Source: a bacterium (lineage in GTDB: Bacteria > Bacillota_I > Bacilli_A > RFN20 > CAG-826). From it: a DNA stretch of 54,170 nucleotides. The first letter of the stretch is position 1; every line of letters begins with the position of its first letter. The stretch lies in NCBI GenBank assembly GCA_963593015.1, contig CAVAYV010000063.1, forward strand, positions 1 through 54,170, read 5' to 3'. The translations under genes and the position numbers were made by a program. The notes under the pieces are model-generated. The model was given only the letters and a program-made list of their open reading frames with translations, searched no databases and was not told where the DNA came from. Positions 12,501 through 20,444 of this stretch are shown piece by piece.

Positions 12501-13289
12501 GAAATCAACGACGCCGTTTTGGGTGATTGGTTCGCCTGGTTTTAATTTGCGGAAGATGTCAACTAAAGCATCACTCGCCGTTTTGATATTGGAATCTTTG
12601 GCCAAGGTGGCTATCATTGCGTCACTATCGCCAAATAATTCTTTGATCTTGGATTCGGAATCAAATCCTAAAGCCTTGAAAAGAATGGTGGCTGGCATTT
12701 TGCGTTGACGGTCGATTCTGACCCACATAATGCCTTTGGCATCGCTCTCGAATTGGAGCCATGTGCCACGGGTAGGAATGATTTCGCCATTATAGAAATG
12801 GGTTTGAGAAGCATCGATTGTGTCTTGGAAATATGCGCCTGGAGATCTGACAATCTGACTGACGATGACTCTTTCGGCACCATTGACGATGAAAGTTCCA
12901 TTGTCGGTCATCATAGGAACATCGCCCATGAAGACTTCGCTGTCTTCTTTGATTTCGCCAGTAGTGTGATCGTTCAAACGAAGGGTGACCTTGAGCTTGC
13001 TTGAATAAGTCAAGTCGCCTTGTTTGCATTCGAGTGGGTCATACTCTGGGGCTTCGAAACGAGAGGAAACGTAATCAATGGAGACGTTTCCAGAGTAGCT
13101 ATAGATTGGGAATACTTCCTTCATGACCTCGTCGATGCCTTTATCAAGGAACCATTTGAAAGAATCGGTTTGAATTTCGACAAGATAAGGAAGATTTAAG
13201 CTTCCGCTGATTTTGGAGAAGTTGATGTGAGTAGCTTCTTCGGCAGAAATGTTTTGGCCACTAGCCATGATTTTGCTATTTTTGGTCAT
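9576..13289 (-). CDS. rpoB: DNA-directed RNA polymerase subunit beta
   Basis: 1237-aa ORF with conserved beta-subunit blocks (for example [14 protein letters not shown] and the rif-region [17 protein letters not shown]). The exact start (M1 or M8) is uncertain. Confidence 0.97.
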   Translation of the reverse strand: MTKNSKIMASGQNISAEEATHINFSKISGSLNLPYLVEIQTDSFKWFLDKGIDEVMKEVFPIYSYSGNVSIDYVSSRFEAPEYDPLECKQGDLTYSSKLKVTLRLNDHTTGEIKEDSEVFMGDVPMMTDNGTFIVNGAERVIVSQIVRSPGAYFQDTIDASQTHFYNGEIIPTRGTWLQFESDAKGIMWVRIDRQRKMPATILFKALGFDSESKIKELFGDSDAMIATLAKDSNIKTASDALVDIFRKLKPGEPITQNGVVDFLVQRFFDEKRYDLGRAGRFKYAQKLGIYDRLAGRILAENLTDANGEVICNEETGEAFVSGYKLTKSDVEYLHDHEVFENGAMEKKLSANSAIDTNTTVNVVKVYANDKTSEKVVSIIGTDLNTTLPRVTISDIVACFSYFCNIQDGIGETDDIDHLGNRRVRCVGELLQTQFRIGLTKMAKTVQQKMSISDLSSAKPQSLINIRPLTSSVREFFASSQLSQFMDQTNPLAELTNKRRISALGPGGLARKRVSMEVRDVHYTHYGRICPIETPEGQNIGLINNLCTYARINKYGFIQTPYRIVIHENGHDYVSDKAEYLSADDERGLYIAEANVKLGEPVEITLDGEKTLVKEIIEDEVVCRHDDDNTRVHKSRISYVDVSPKQVVSIATACIPFLENDDSHRALMGANMQRQALPLLRPSLPRVGTGMEGVIARDSGLAVVATEDGVVTYTDSKSIEVKEGNTKHVYKLQKFDRSNNGTCINQNSIVKVGDKVKKGSVIADGPAMRNGELALGQNVLIAYMTWHGYNYEDAVILSERMVKDDTYTTIHIECHDLECRETKLGNETITRDIPNVSDEAKTFLDERGIIIPGAEVKEGDILVGKTTPKGQTEPTPEEKLLMAIFGEKTKDGKDSSLRVPHGGAGIVLGVRTYSRKNKDPLAPGVIEKIRVYIVQKRKISEGDKMSGRHGNKGVISKILPVEDMPFLPDGTPIDIMLSPMGVPSRMNIGQISEVHLGLACQKLGLRVSTPVFDGANDSEIKDLMAKAGISEDGKAILYDGQTGERFAERISVGVMYMIKLVHMVDDKLHARATGPYSLVTQQPLGGKAQNGGQRFGEMEVWALEAYGAAHVLQEMMTVKSDDRVGRRKAYEAIIKGMSLPRPGMPEAFKVFTKELKGLCVDVHLYDHEDEAISMDDLAKEALIEERKVNSAIRNMTSPREEEARETEEVNEPSNDEAMEEEGLSILSGAAGDAGDEE

Positions 13290-13292
13290 TTG

Positions 13293-13895
13293 TTACTCCT
13301 TGTTGGTTGCTAATAGGATCCAATATCCTTTTTTTCGCCGTAGCACTTCTACTTTATTAAATAAGGATTGAAGGTGGCTATAAACGGACTCGGCACCTTG
13401 CTGTCGACGGATGACGATGATTAATTTGCCATCGGGCTCTAAATGTTCCAAAGCCCCGTCATAGATAGCATAGGTTACTTTTTTTCCAGCCCGAATCGGC
13501 GGATTCGAGATAATGGAAGTGAAAGTGGAGTTTATGTTGAGGTAAACATCGCTATTGACGATCTCGACTCTAGATGAAACGCCAAGGGTTTTGGCGTTTT
13601 CGTTTGCCAGTTCGAGGGCTCTAGTATTCACGTCAGCAAGAGTGAGCTGGCGAGAAGAGTCAGAGGCGGCCAGTATTAGTCCGATTGGGCCTGTACCGCA
13701 CCCCATGTCTAGGATCTTATTTCCAAGATCCATTTGGATAATGGTTTCAAGCAAATACTTACTACCATCGTCCAAATGCTCTTTGGAGAAGGTCCCGCTT
13801 GTCCCGAGTAATGTGAATTTGTCCCCATTGATGTCGGCTTCGTAAGAATAATATTTAACTTTCTTTGGAGTTACTGAATCAAAGTATTGGGGCAC
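13293..13895 (-). CDS. class I SAM-dependent methyltransferase (YbxB/RsmC-like small rRNA methyltransferase)
   Basis: 200 aa with a GTG start 8 nt after an AGAGG RBS. Motif I is DMGCGTGPIG and motif IV is NPPIRAGK. It occupies the same rplL-rpoB slot as Bacillus ybxB. Confidence 0.85.
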   Translation of the reverse strand: MPQYFDSVTPKKVKYYSYEADINGDKFTLLGTSGTFSKEHLDDGSKYLLETIIQMDLGNKILDMGCGTGPIGLILAASDSSRQLTLADVNTRALELANENAKTLGVSSRVEIVNSDVYLNINSTFTSIISNPPIRAGKKVTYAIYDGALEHLEPDGKLIIVIRRQQGAESVYSHLQSLFNKVEVLRRKKGYWILLATNKE

Positions 13896-13923
13896 AATAA
13901 TAACCTCTTAATATAACGGGAAA

Positions 13924-13957
13924 CCCCCTCCCCGTTGCGATGAGAACGGTGGAGGGG
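13924..13957 (-). promoter_or_regulatory. GC-rich hairpin between rplL and the methyltransferase/rpoBC genes (attenuator-like)
   Basis: Minus strand CCCCTCC(A)CCGTT-CTCATCGC-AACGGGGAGGGG forms a stem of about 12 bp. The T-run lies upstream of the stem rather than downstream, so it is not a canonical terminator. Confidence 0.4.
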
Positions 13958-13985
13958 TAAAAAAGAATCAAAATTAGTGTGAAAC

Positions 13986-14366
13986 TTATTTGATTTCGAC
14001 TTCGGCGCCGACTTCGGTGAGCTGAGTTTTGTAGCTTTCAGCTTCGGCTGGGGAAATCTTCTCTTTGAGGGCGACTGGAGCGCCATCAACGAGTTTCTTG
14101 GCATCCATAAGTCCTAAGCCAGTGATGGTTTGGACGACTTTGATGACGGCGACTTTGCCGGCAGTTCCGATACCCTTTAAGAATAAGGAAACTTCGCTTG
14201 GTCCCTTCTTAGCTGGTCCTTCTTCTTCAGCTGGAGCAGTAGTGACAGCGACAGCGGCGGTGACACCGAATTCGGTTTCAACGGCTTTGACGAGATCGTT
14301 TAATTCGACAACGCTCATTTGTTTGAGTGTGTCGAGGATTTGTTCATTGGTTAACTTTTCAGCCAT
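13986..14366 (-). CDS. rplL: 50S ribosomal protein L7/L12 (bL12)
   Basis: 126 aa with the typical N-terminal dimerisation region, an Ala/Pro/Glu hinge and the C-terminal domain ending GAEVEIK. Confidence 0.97.
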   Translation of the reverse strand: MAEKLTNEQILDTLKQMSVVELNDLVKAVETEFGVTAAVAVTTAPAEEEGPAKKGPSEVSLFLKGIGTAGKVAVIKVVQTITGLGLMDAKKLVDGAPVALKEKISPAEAESYKTQLTEVGAEVEIK

Positions 14367-14386
14367 GGTTTTATCCTCCTATTAGG

Positions 14387-14911
14387 CTATTGAGCGGCAG
14401 CGTCGTTGGCTGCAACTGGTGCTCCACCGTTCTTTTCGGCGATGGCAGCGATGGTGCGGGCAAACCCAGAGATTGGGGCGTTCAGGACTTGGCAGAACAT
14501 TGACAATAAGCCTTCTTTGCTTGGCATCTTGGCGATGGCAACCATTCCAGCTCCGTCATAAGCCTTTCCTTCGACATATCCGCCTTTGATCACGAGTTGT
14601 TCGTGTTCACGGGCAAATTTGCGAAGAACTTCTGGTCCAGCGGAGATTTCCTTAGAGAAGACAAACGCATTTGGTCCCCCAAGGTATTCATCGAGTCCGT
14701 CTTTTTGCTCGTCTTTGAGAGCGCGGGCAACGAGAGTGTTTTTATAAACATTCATCTTGGCACCTTTCTCGGCGAGTTTGTGACGGAGTTCGCTTAACTC
14801 AGCGACGGTTAATCCTGCATAGGAAACGATCGTGAGGGATCCGCAATTGGATAAGTTGTCTTCGATTTCGGAAACAGTGGCTTTCTTAGCGGCTAAAACT
14901 TCCTTGTTCAT
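14387..14911 (-). CDS. rplJ: 50S ribosomal protein L10 (uL10)
   Basis: 174 aa that reads as uL10, immediately upstream of rplL. Confidence 0.95.
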   Translation of the reverse strand: MNKEVLAAKKATVSEIEDNLSNCGSLTIVSYAGLTVAELSELRHKLAEKGAKMNVYKNTLVARALKDEQKDGLDEYLGGPNAFVFSKEISAGPEVLRKFAREHEQLVIKGGYVEGKAYDGAGMVAIAKMPSKEGLLSMFCQVLNAPISGFARTIAAIAEKNGGAPVAANDAAAQ

Positions 14912-15071
14912 GCTAGGTTCCTCCTTTCTTTAAGTGTCGACTATGTGATGCTTGGTATAACTAGCGAGTCATATGTGAATTTCACCTCAGCAACGTGAAT
15001 TATTAAGGCACTTGCCCGTTGCTATCTTAGGTATACGAAGCTATTCACCAAAAATGAATTTAAAGACCGGA
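14912..15071 (-). promoter_or_regulatory. putative L10 leader (autoregulatory 5' UTR of rplJL)
   Basis: A 160-nt untranslated spacer separates rplA from rplJ. It contains a long-range stem AGCAACG (14989-14995) / CGTTGCT (15017-15023) enclosing a GGCA..TGCC element. Its position matches the Firmicute L10 leader. I have not confirmed this with a covariance model. Confidence 0.4.
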
Positions 15072-15761
15072 TTAGTTGCGGCCTTCGACGAGGATCTTCA
15101 TGCCTGGGCCCATAGTGGTATGGACGACAGCGTTTTTCATGTAGATACCTTTGACGGAAGATGGACGGCTCTTGACGACCATGTCGCAGACAGCCTTGAG
15201 GTTATCGACGATGTCTTGTTCAGAGAAGCTGACACGGGCAAGAGAGATATTCAAGTTGCCATCTTTGTCAACACGATAGGCAATCTTACCTTTCTTGATT
15301 TCGGTGATGGCTTTGCCGATTTCCATGCTGACAGTGCCAGTCTTTGGGTTTGGCATTAAGCCTTTTGGACCGAGGACACGACCCATTTTGCCGAGCTCAC
15401 CCATCATATCTGGGGTAGCGACGATGACGTCGAATCCGAACCAGTTCTCGCGAACGATCTTGTCGAGGAGTTCTTTTCCGCCGACGAATTCAGCACCAGC
15501 GGCCTTGGCCTCTTCTTGCTTGGTATTGGTGACGGCAAGAACGGTCTTGGTTTTTCCGCTTCCATGAGGAAGGGTGATGGTGCCACGGATAAGTTGATCA
15601 GCATTGGTTGGGTTGACATTGAGGGCGAAGCTCACATCAATGGTGCTGTCAAACTTGGTGGTAGAAGTTTGTTTAAGTAATTTGGCGGCTTCTTCGAGTG
15701 TGTATAAGCGATCCTTCTCGATGAGCTTGGAGGCCGCGATGTATTTCTTTCCTTGTTTCAT
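15072..15761 (-). CDS. rplA: 50S ribosomal protein L1 (uL1)
   Basis: 229 aa that reads as uL1, following rplK. Confidence 0.96.
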   Translation of the reverse strand: MKQGKKYIAASKLIEKDRLYTLEEAAKLLKQTSTTKFDSTIDVSFALNVNPTNADQLIRGTITLPHGSGKTKTVLAVTNTKQEEAKAAGAEFVGGKELLDKIVRENWFGFDVIVATPDMMGELGKMGRVLGPKGLMPNPKTGTVSMEIGKAITEIKKGKIAYRVDKDGNLNISLARVSFSEQDIVDNLKAVCDMVVKSRPSSVKGIYMKNAVVHTTMGPGMKILVEGRN

Positions 15762-15780
15762 AATCTAACGGTTCTCCTAA

Positions 15781-16191
15781 TTACTTGTCGATGGCGATGC
15801 CCATTTGGCGGGCGCTGCCAGCAACGATCTTTTTCGCAGCTTCAATGTCATTGGCATTTAAGTCTGGCATCTTGTATTCAGCAATCTTGGTTAAATCAGC
15901 GTCAGAGATGTGACCGACGATGGTCTTTGGGTTGCCGGAACCTTTTTCGATGCCTGCTGCTTTGAGTAATAAGCCACTCACTGGGCTGGTCTTGATTTCG
16001 AAGGCGAATGATTTGTCTTCGAAAGCGGTGATGATGACCGGAACGACTTCGCCTCTTCTGTCTGAAGTCTTCGCGTTGAATTCAGTGCAGAATTTGGCCA
16101 TTTGGATGCCTGCGGAAGCAAGCTTTGGTCCTGGATGGGCATCTCCGCCTGGGAGTTCCATCTTGAGGACTTTGACGATTTTCTTTGCCAT
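15781..16191 (-). CDS. rplK: 50S ribosomal protein L11 (uL11)
   Basis: The conserved start MAKKIVKVLKMELPGG is at the ATG at 16191, with an AGGAGG RBS upstream. The track ORF extension to 16275 lies in the leader. Confidence 0.96.
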   Translation of the reverse strand: MAKKIVKVLKMELPGGDAHPGPKLASAGIQMAKFCTEFNAKTSDRRGEVVPVIITAFEDKSFAFEIKTSPVSGLLLKAAGIEKGSGNPKTIVGHISDADLTKIAEYKMPDLNANDIEAAKKIVAGSARQMGIAIDK

Positions 16192-16293
16192 AGTTCTCCT
16201 CCTTAATTTGAGAATTATTCGGCAGTGGTAATGAGGATTTCGCCTTCCTCTTCCACGCTTTGTGTATATGCGCACGATAGACGCACGGGCATA

Positions 16294-16322
16294 AATATAC
16301 GCGTATGTGTGAAAAAAATCAA
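16294..16322 (-). promoter_or_regulatory. rplKA operon promoter
   Basis: Minus strand reads TTGATT, a 17-nt spacer, then TATATT. It lies just downstream of the ATPase terminator and about 100 nt upstream of rplK. Confidence 0.5.
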
Positions 16323-16330
16323 ATATTTTC

Positions 16331-16369
16331 TAAAAGAAAAATGAGGGCACCAGAGAAAGAGGCCCTCAT
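16331..16369 (-). terminator. intrinsic terminator after the metal ATPase gene
   Basis: Minus strand ATGAGGGC-13 nt loop-GCCCTCAT is followed by TTTTTCTTTT. Confidence 0.8.
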
Positions 16370-16377
16370 CGTATTTT

Positions 16378-18348
16378 TTATTTGATTTTTCTTTTTAGTA
16401 ACGTGATTGTGATCAGAACAAGAATCATCGTTAGACCAGTATCGGCCAAAACTGCAACTAACAATGGGAAGTTTGGAATTACGACAGCAAGAATCATGAC
16501 GGTGATTTTCACAACAATCGAGAAAATGATATTAAATAAAACTTGATGTCTGGCCATTCTAGAAATTTTTATAGCTGAGACGAGTTTGCTTGGATCATCA
16601 TTCATGATAACGACATCGGCAGATTCGATGGCTAGGTCTGATCCAGCCCCACCCATAGCAACTCCGACATCCGCCAAAGAAATCGAAGGGGCGTCGTTGA
16701 TCCCATCGCCAATGAAGGCAACGCCACCATCGCTATTAGAAATCTTGTCTGAAAGAATTTTGCTTTTGTCAGCCGGCAAAAGTTCGGCGTGGCATTCTTC
16801 GATTCCTAAGCTCTTGCAGGTCGCCAAAGCATTGCTTTCTTTATCCCCGGTTAACATGCATGTGGAAATTCCGCACGCCTTCAAACCATCAACCATCTTT
16901 TTGGCTTTTTCTCTAATCACGTCAGAACAAACGAGGTATCCGGCGTATTTTCCGTCAACGGATAGATACACAATCGTGCCAACGCTCGGAACGCTTTCAC
17001 ATTCGATTCCATAACTAGAAAGCAAGGCAGAATTCCCTGCAATAATTGTTTTGCCTTCATAGACACATTCGGTTCCTTTGCCAGCAATTTCGTTAAAAGA
17101 AGTAACTTTTGCGCTGATTTCATCAATATTATCATCGCCAACAATCGCCGAGGCCAAAGGATGAGAAGAACGACTTTCCGCAGCCTTGAGATAAGTCAAA
17201 AATTCATCATTTGACATATTTTTTGCGGAGATTTTAGTTATTTTGAAAACTCCATATGTTAAAGTTCCAGTTTTATCGCTTACCACAGTTTTGAGTCTAA
17301 TAAGCTGATCAAAAACGGCTGCGCCTTTGATAATAATGCCATTTTTGCTCGCTAGACCAATCGAGGCAAAATAGGCAAGAGGGACGGAAATAACAATCGC
17401 GCAAGGGCATGAAATTACCAAAAATGACAAAGCTACATAAATCCATTTTCCCCAGGTGGCAGAATCAGTGATATTAATGCAAACTGGAGGTATGACCGCC
17501 GTTAAAATAGCCAAAGCAACCACGATTGGGGTGTACCATTTTGCAAACTTATCAACGAATCTTGTGGCCTTTGATTTTGATTCAGCGCCTTCTTCGACAA
17601 GCTTTATTATTTTAGAAACGGTGCTATTCTCATATTCTTTGCTGACTTTGATTAAAAGGCTTCCTTCTTTCAAAATGGTGCCGCTAGAGACTTCTTCGCC
17701 TAAATTCCTTTTGACTGGCACCGGCTCTCCGGTCAAAGAAGACATATCTAAATATCCTTCTCCTTCTATAATTACGCCATCGGCAGGCAAAATTTCTCCG
17801 ACTTTAGTCAAAATTAAATCGCCAATCTTCAAGGAAGCAGGATCAACATCTTCAATATGATCACCATCTTTTTTATGCGCGATTTTAGCCCTTAAGCCGA
17901 CCGCATCGGTAATGGCTTTGTGGCTTCTGGAGGTCGCTATGTCTTCGAATAATTCTCCGATTTGGAACAAAAACATCACCATTGTGGCTTCAAAAAATTC
18001 ATTGTGATCAGGACCGAAAAATCGTAAACAGAAGGCGCCGATCGTAGCAACCACCATCAAGAATTCTTCGCTAAACGGATTCTTTTCTTTGAATATGCCT
18101 TCAATGGCTTCCCAAATAACATCATATCCAACAATTAAAAAGCTCACCATCATGACGATGAAATTAGGCCACAATCCGTAATTAGTCTCGTTAAAAAGGA
18201 AGAAACCCAAAAGCATCAAAATCAATGAAGCGGATAAACGGGCGATCTTAATCCAAAACTCTTTGTTGAGAATTTCGTTATCAGAATGATTGTGATGGCA
18301 CTCGCATTCTTTTTCCTTATGTTCTTTTTTATGACAGGCGCAAGACAT
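16378..18348 (-). CDS. P1B-type heavy-metal translocating ATPase (Cd/Zn/Co-type)
   Basis: 656 aa with a CPC transmembrane metal site (VISCPCAIVISVP), the DKTGTLT phosphorylation motif and the GDGINDAP hinge. The N-terminus is Cys/His-rich (MSCACHKKEHKEKECECHHNH) instead of a recognisable HMA fold. Confidence 0.9.
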   Translation of the reverse strand: MSCACHKKEHKEKECECHHNHSDNEILNKEFWIKIARLSASLILMLLGFFLFNETNYGLWPNFIVMMVSFLIVGYDVIWEAIEGIFKEKNPFSEEFLMVVATIGAFCLRFFGPDHNEFFEATMVMFLFQIGELFEDIATSRSHKAITDAVGLRAKIAHKKDGDHIEDVDPASLKIGDLILTKVGEILPADGVIIEGEGYLDMSSLTGEPVPVKRNLGEEVSSGTILKEGSLLIKVSKEYENSTVSKIIKLVEEGAESKSKATRFVDKFAKWYTPIVVALAILTAVIPPVCINITDSATWGKWIYVALSFLVISCPCAIVISVPLAYFASIGLASKNGIIIKGAAVFDQLIRLKTVVSDKTGTLTYGVFKITKISAKNMSNDEFLTYLKAAESRSSHPLASAIVGDDNIDEISAKVTSFNEIAGKGTECVYEGKTIIAGNSALLSSYGIECESVPSVGTIVYLSVDGKYAGYLVCSDVIREKAKKMVDGLKACGISTCMLTGDKESNALATCKSLGIEECHAELLPADKSKILSDKISNSDGGVAFIGDGINDAPSISLADVGVAMGGAGSDLAIESADVVIMNDDPSKLVSAIKISRMARHQVLFNIIFSIVVKITVMILAVVIPNFPLLVAVLADTGLTMILVLITITLLKRKIK

Positions 18349-18350
18349 AA

Positions 18351-18647
18351 TTATTCCTCCAAAACGTGTTCGTGGACCACTTCAAGCAATCGATTAACAT
18401 GCTCATCGCTTAATTTGTAATAAACCTTGGTGCCATCTTTTCTCGAGCTCACCAAATGGGCGTTTTTCAAAACATTTAATTGATGAGACACCAAGGACTG
18501 CGAAGCACCACTCTCATTGATAATCTCTGTGACGTTTTTCTCCCCATCGCTTATGGCATAAAGAATTTTCAATCTAGTGAAGTCGCTTGCGATGTTAAGC
18601 AGTGACTCCATCTTATCTAGCGTTTCATCATCAGGCATTTTTGGCAT
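18351..18647 (-). CDS. ArsR/SmtB-family metalloregulatory repressor
   Basis: Winged-HTH signature (RLKILYAIS ... SQSLVSHQLNVLKNAHLVSSRKDGTKVYYKL). The ATG at 18647 has a perfect AAGGAGAG RBS. The track start at 18665 has none. The stop lies 2 nt from the ATPase start. Confidence 0.85.
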   Translation of the reverse strand: MPKMPDDETLDKMESLLNIASDFTRLKILYAISDGEKNVTEIINESGASQSLVSHQLNVLKNAHLVSSRKDGTKVYYKLSDEHVNRLLEVVHEHVLEE

Positions 18648-18660
18648 ATATGAACTCTCC

Positions 18661-18730
18661 TTCATATTTTAACTATATTATATGAACGATTATTCATAAT
18701 TCAACTATAATATGAATATTTCTTCATATT
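18661..18730. promoter_or_regulatory. cluster of TTCATA/TATGAA inverted repeats (putative ArsR operator region)
   Basis: Three inverted-repeat pairs lie directly upstream of, or overlapping, the arsR start. They are AATATGAA(18709-18716)/TTCATATT(18723-18730), TATTCATA(18691-18698)/TATGAATA(18711-18718) and TTCATAT(18661-18667)/ATATGAA(18680-18686). Confidence 0.5.
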
Positions 18731-18735
18731 CAAAA

Positions 18736-18771
18736 CAAAAAAAAGAAAAGCCCTAGGTTTCCTAGAGCCTT
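18736..18771 (-). terminator. intrinsic terminator after nusG
   Basis: Minus strand AGGCTCTAGG-AAA-CCTAGGGCTT is followed by TTCTTTTTTTTG. Confidence 0.8.
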
Positions 18772-18787
18772 TGAAAATCAATTTTGA

Positions 18788-19342
18788 TTAAACTCTCTCG
18801 ATTTCAGAGAAATCAACGTCAACCGGGGTGCTTCTTCCGAAGAAGACCGTATCAACGCGGCAAGCGCCAGTTTCTTTATCGATAGAAATAATCGTGCCTT
18901 CAGTGCCTTCAAGAGGTCCGTGGATGACTTTGACTTTGTCGCCGACGTTATAGCGATCATACATTGCGTCATCGACCATGCCCATTCTCTTAAGAACTGG
19001 TTCAATCTCTTCACGTCTGACTGGAGTTGGCTTTTGTCCGCCACCGCTAGAACCAGCGATACCGGTGACACCTGGAGTGTTACGAACGATGTACCAAGAT
19101 TGGTCGGTCATGATCATCTCAACGAAAATATATCCTGGATACAAATTAACGATTTTGGTCTTGCCAGTCGGAATTCCGTCCTTTAAAACTTGTTCTTCTT
19201 TTTCAGCGACCAAAACACGAAGAATTTGATCTTGCATGTTCATAGAAACGATACGTTTCTTTAAATTATCCGCAGTTTTCGATTCATGCATCGAATAAGT
19301 GGTAACGATGTACCACTGTTTCTCACCTAATTGTGCTGGCAT
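18788..19342 (-). CDS. nusG: transcription termination/antitermination factor NusG
   Basis: 184 aa with the NGN domain (WYIVTTYSMHE) and a C-terminal KOW (GDKVKVIHGPLEGTEGTI). It follows secE. Confidence 0.96.
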   Translation of the reverse strand: MPAQLGEKQWYIVTTYSMHESKTADNLKKRIVSMNMQDQILRVLVAEKEEQVLKDGIPTGKTKIVNLYPGYIFVEMIMTDQSWYIVRNTPGVTGIAGSSGGGQKPTPVRREEIEPVLKRMGMVDDAMYDRYNVGDKVKVIHGPLEGTEGTIISIDKETGACRVDTVFFGRSTPVDVDFSEIERV

Positions 19343-19347
19343 AAAAA

Positions 19348-19539
19348 TTAACCTCCGAAAGCATTCTTAAGCTGCGAGATGATGCTCGCGGCCGTAAGAT
19401 CCTCTAATGCCAAGAAAATGGCAACAAACAAAGAAATGCAAATGACGACGACGACGCTAGACCATAATTGATCACGCTTCGGCCAACGAACACGTTTGCC
19501 TTCTTTGACGACTTCTTTCATGTACTTGACTGGAGTCAT
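19348..19539 (-). CDS. secE: preprotein translocase subunit SecE
   Basis: 63 aa with a single C-terminal TM helix and the conserved VKEGKRVRWPKRDQL-like motif. It sits between rpmG and nusG. Confidence 0.93.
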   Translation of the reverse strand: MTPVKYMKEVVKEGKRVRWPKRDQLWSSVVVVICISLFVAIFLALEDLTAASIISQLKNAFGG

Positions 19540-19551
19540 TTTCTCTCCTTC

Positions 19552-19701
19552 CTATTTGCTCTCTTTGTGGAGAGTGTGTTTTCCACAATGAGGACAATAC
19601 TTCATGAGCTCTAAGCGTTTGGTGCGATTCTCTCTTTTTGGAAGTGAGTAATTTCTGCATAAGCACTCACTGCAAATCAAAAAAACTTTTTCCCTACCCA
19701 T
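19552..19701 (-). CDS. rpmG: 50S ribosomal protein L33 (bL33)
   Basis: Not in the ORF track because it is under 60 aa. My hand translation gives [49 protein letters not shown], 49 aa, with the CxxC...CxxC zinc type. Confidence 0.9.
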   Translation of the reverse strand: MGREKVFLICSECLCRNYSLPKRENRTKRLELMKYCPHCGKHTLHKESK

Positions 19702-19727
19702 AACTTATCCTAAATCTCAGTGTGCAT

Positions 19728-19756
19728 ATCTTAAATTAGCAAAGTTGACTTTGCAA
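19728..19756 (-). promoter_or_regulatory. rpmG-secE-nusG promoter
   Basis: Minus strand reads TTGCAA, a 17-nt spacer, then TAAGAT, about 25 nt upstream of the rpmG ATG. It is preceded by the AGAAGAAT-n4-ATTCTTCT hairpin (19756-19775). Confidence 0.5.
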
Positions 19757-19794
19757 GAAGAATAATAATTCTTCTAAAGAGAAAATGATAGTCT

Positions 19795-20415
19795 TTAAGC
19801 AGTGTGATAAGAGAGTTTTTGGATAATCTTTTTAACCTCCTCTTCGTAAAGGCTGTATCGGTAATATACTTTTTTCAAAGGAATCCCTAGCATTTCGGAG
19901 ATTTCTTTAAATTCATGGCCTCCGATTTTAAGCCTGGCAATTTTTAGTAAATCTGGTGAAACATTTTTTGGGGCGATTCCAAGGAAATATACCTCCTCAA
20001 AATAATCAACATACCTCGTCGGATTATCGTTTAAGGAATCTGATGGCAAAACGTCATGATAAGTGATGTCTACGCCGGTAGGAATTTCGGAATCCAAGGA
20101 ATAGAGCTTGTTTCTTTCGGCGAAAATCCTATTTCTTTCTCTTCCGAACGCGTGTTTTAAGCTGATCTCGAAATATGATTTGAATCTATTGCCTTGCCCA
20201 AATGAAAAGCCAGCTAGACAGGCGATGTAGCATTTATGGCCAACATCCTGAAGCTCATATAATGAAAAATATCTAAGCAAATCCGGGGCTACATAATAAA
20301 CTAGCCCTTTAGAAAGCAAATCGTAACGGATGTCTAAAGTGCATTGTGCGCCTTCAACGCCGCTTCTGGATAAATAAAGTAACTCTTCGTCGCTTGCCTT
20401 GGAAAAATTAGCCAT
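19795..20415 (-). CDS. divergent sigma-70 family factor, SigH-like by position
   Basis: 206 aa. It has the N-terminal SDEELLYLSRSG..GA...L..RY pattern typical of sigma region 2.1 and a C-terminal HTH (FKEISEMLGIPLKKVYYRYSL) like region 4.2. It occupies the Bacillus sigH slot between rlmB and rpmG. Confidence 0.6.
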   Translation of the reverse strand: MANFSKASDEELLYLSRSGVEGAQCTLDIRYDLLSKGLVYYVAPDLLRYFSLYELQDVGHKCYIACLAGFSFGQGNRFKSYFEISLKHAFGRERNRIFAERNKLYSLDSEIPTGVDITYHDVLPSDSLNDNPTRYVDYFEEVYFLGIAPKNVSPDLLKIARLKIGGHEFKEISEMLGIPLKKVYYRYSLYEEEVKKIIQKLSYHTA

Positions 20416-20444
20416 AAGGTTATCTCCTTTATGGCAAGAAGTAA

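Noticed and set aside
13871-14104. 77-aa minus-strand ORF overlapping the rplL 3' end and the methyltransferase start.
   Set aside because: It is off-frame relative to two well-supported genes and spans the hairpin spacer. It has no RBS.
16192-16275. N-terminal 28-aa extension of rplK in the ORF track.
   Set aside because: The canonical MAKK start at 16191 has an AGGAGG RBS. The Arg-rich extension lies in the leader.
19472-19666. 64-aa minus-strand ORF between secE and the sigma gene.
   Set aside because: It overlaps the hand-identified rpmG (L33) gene and the secE start in a different frame. L33 explains this region.
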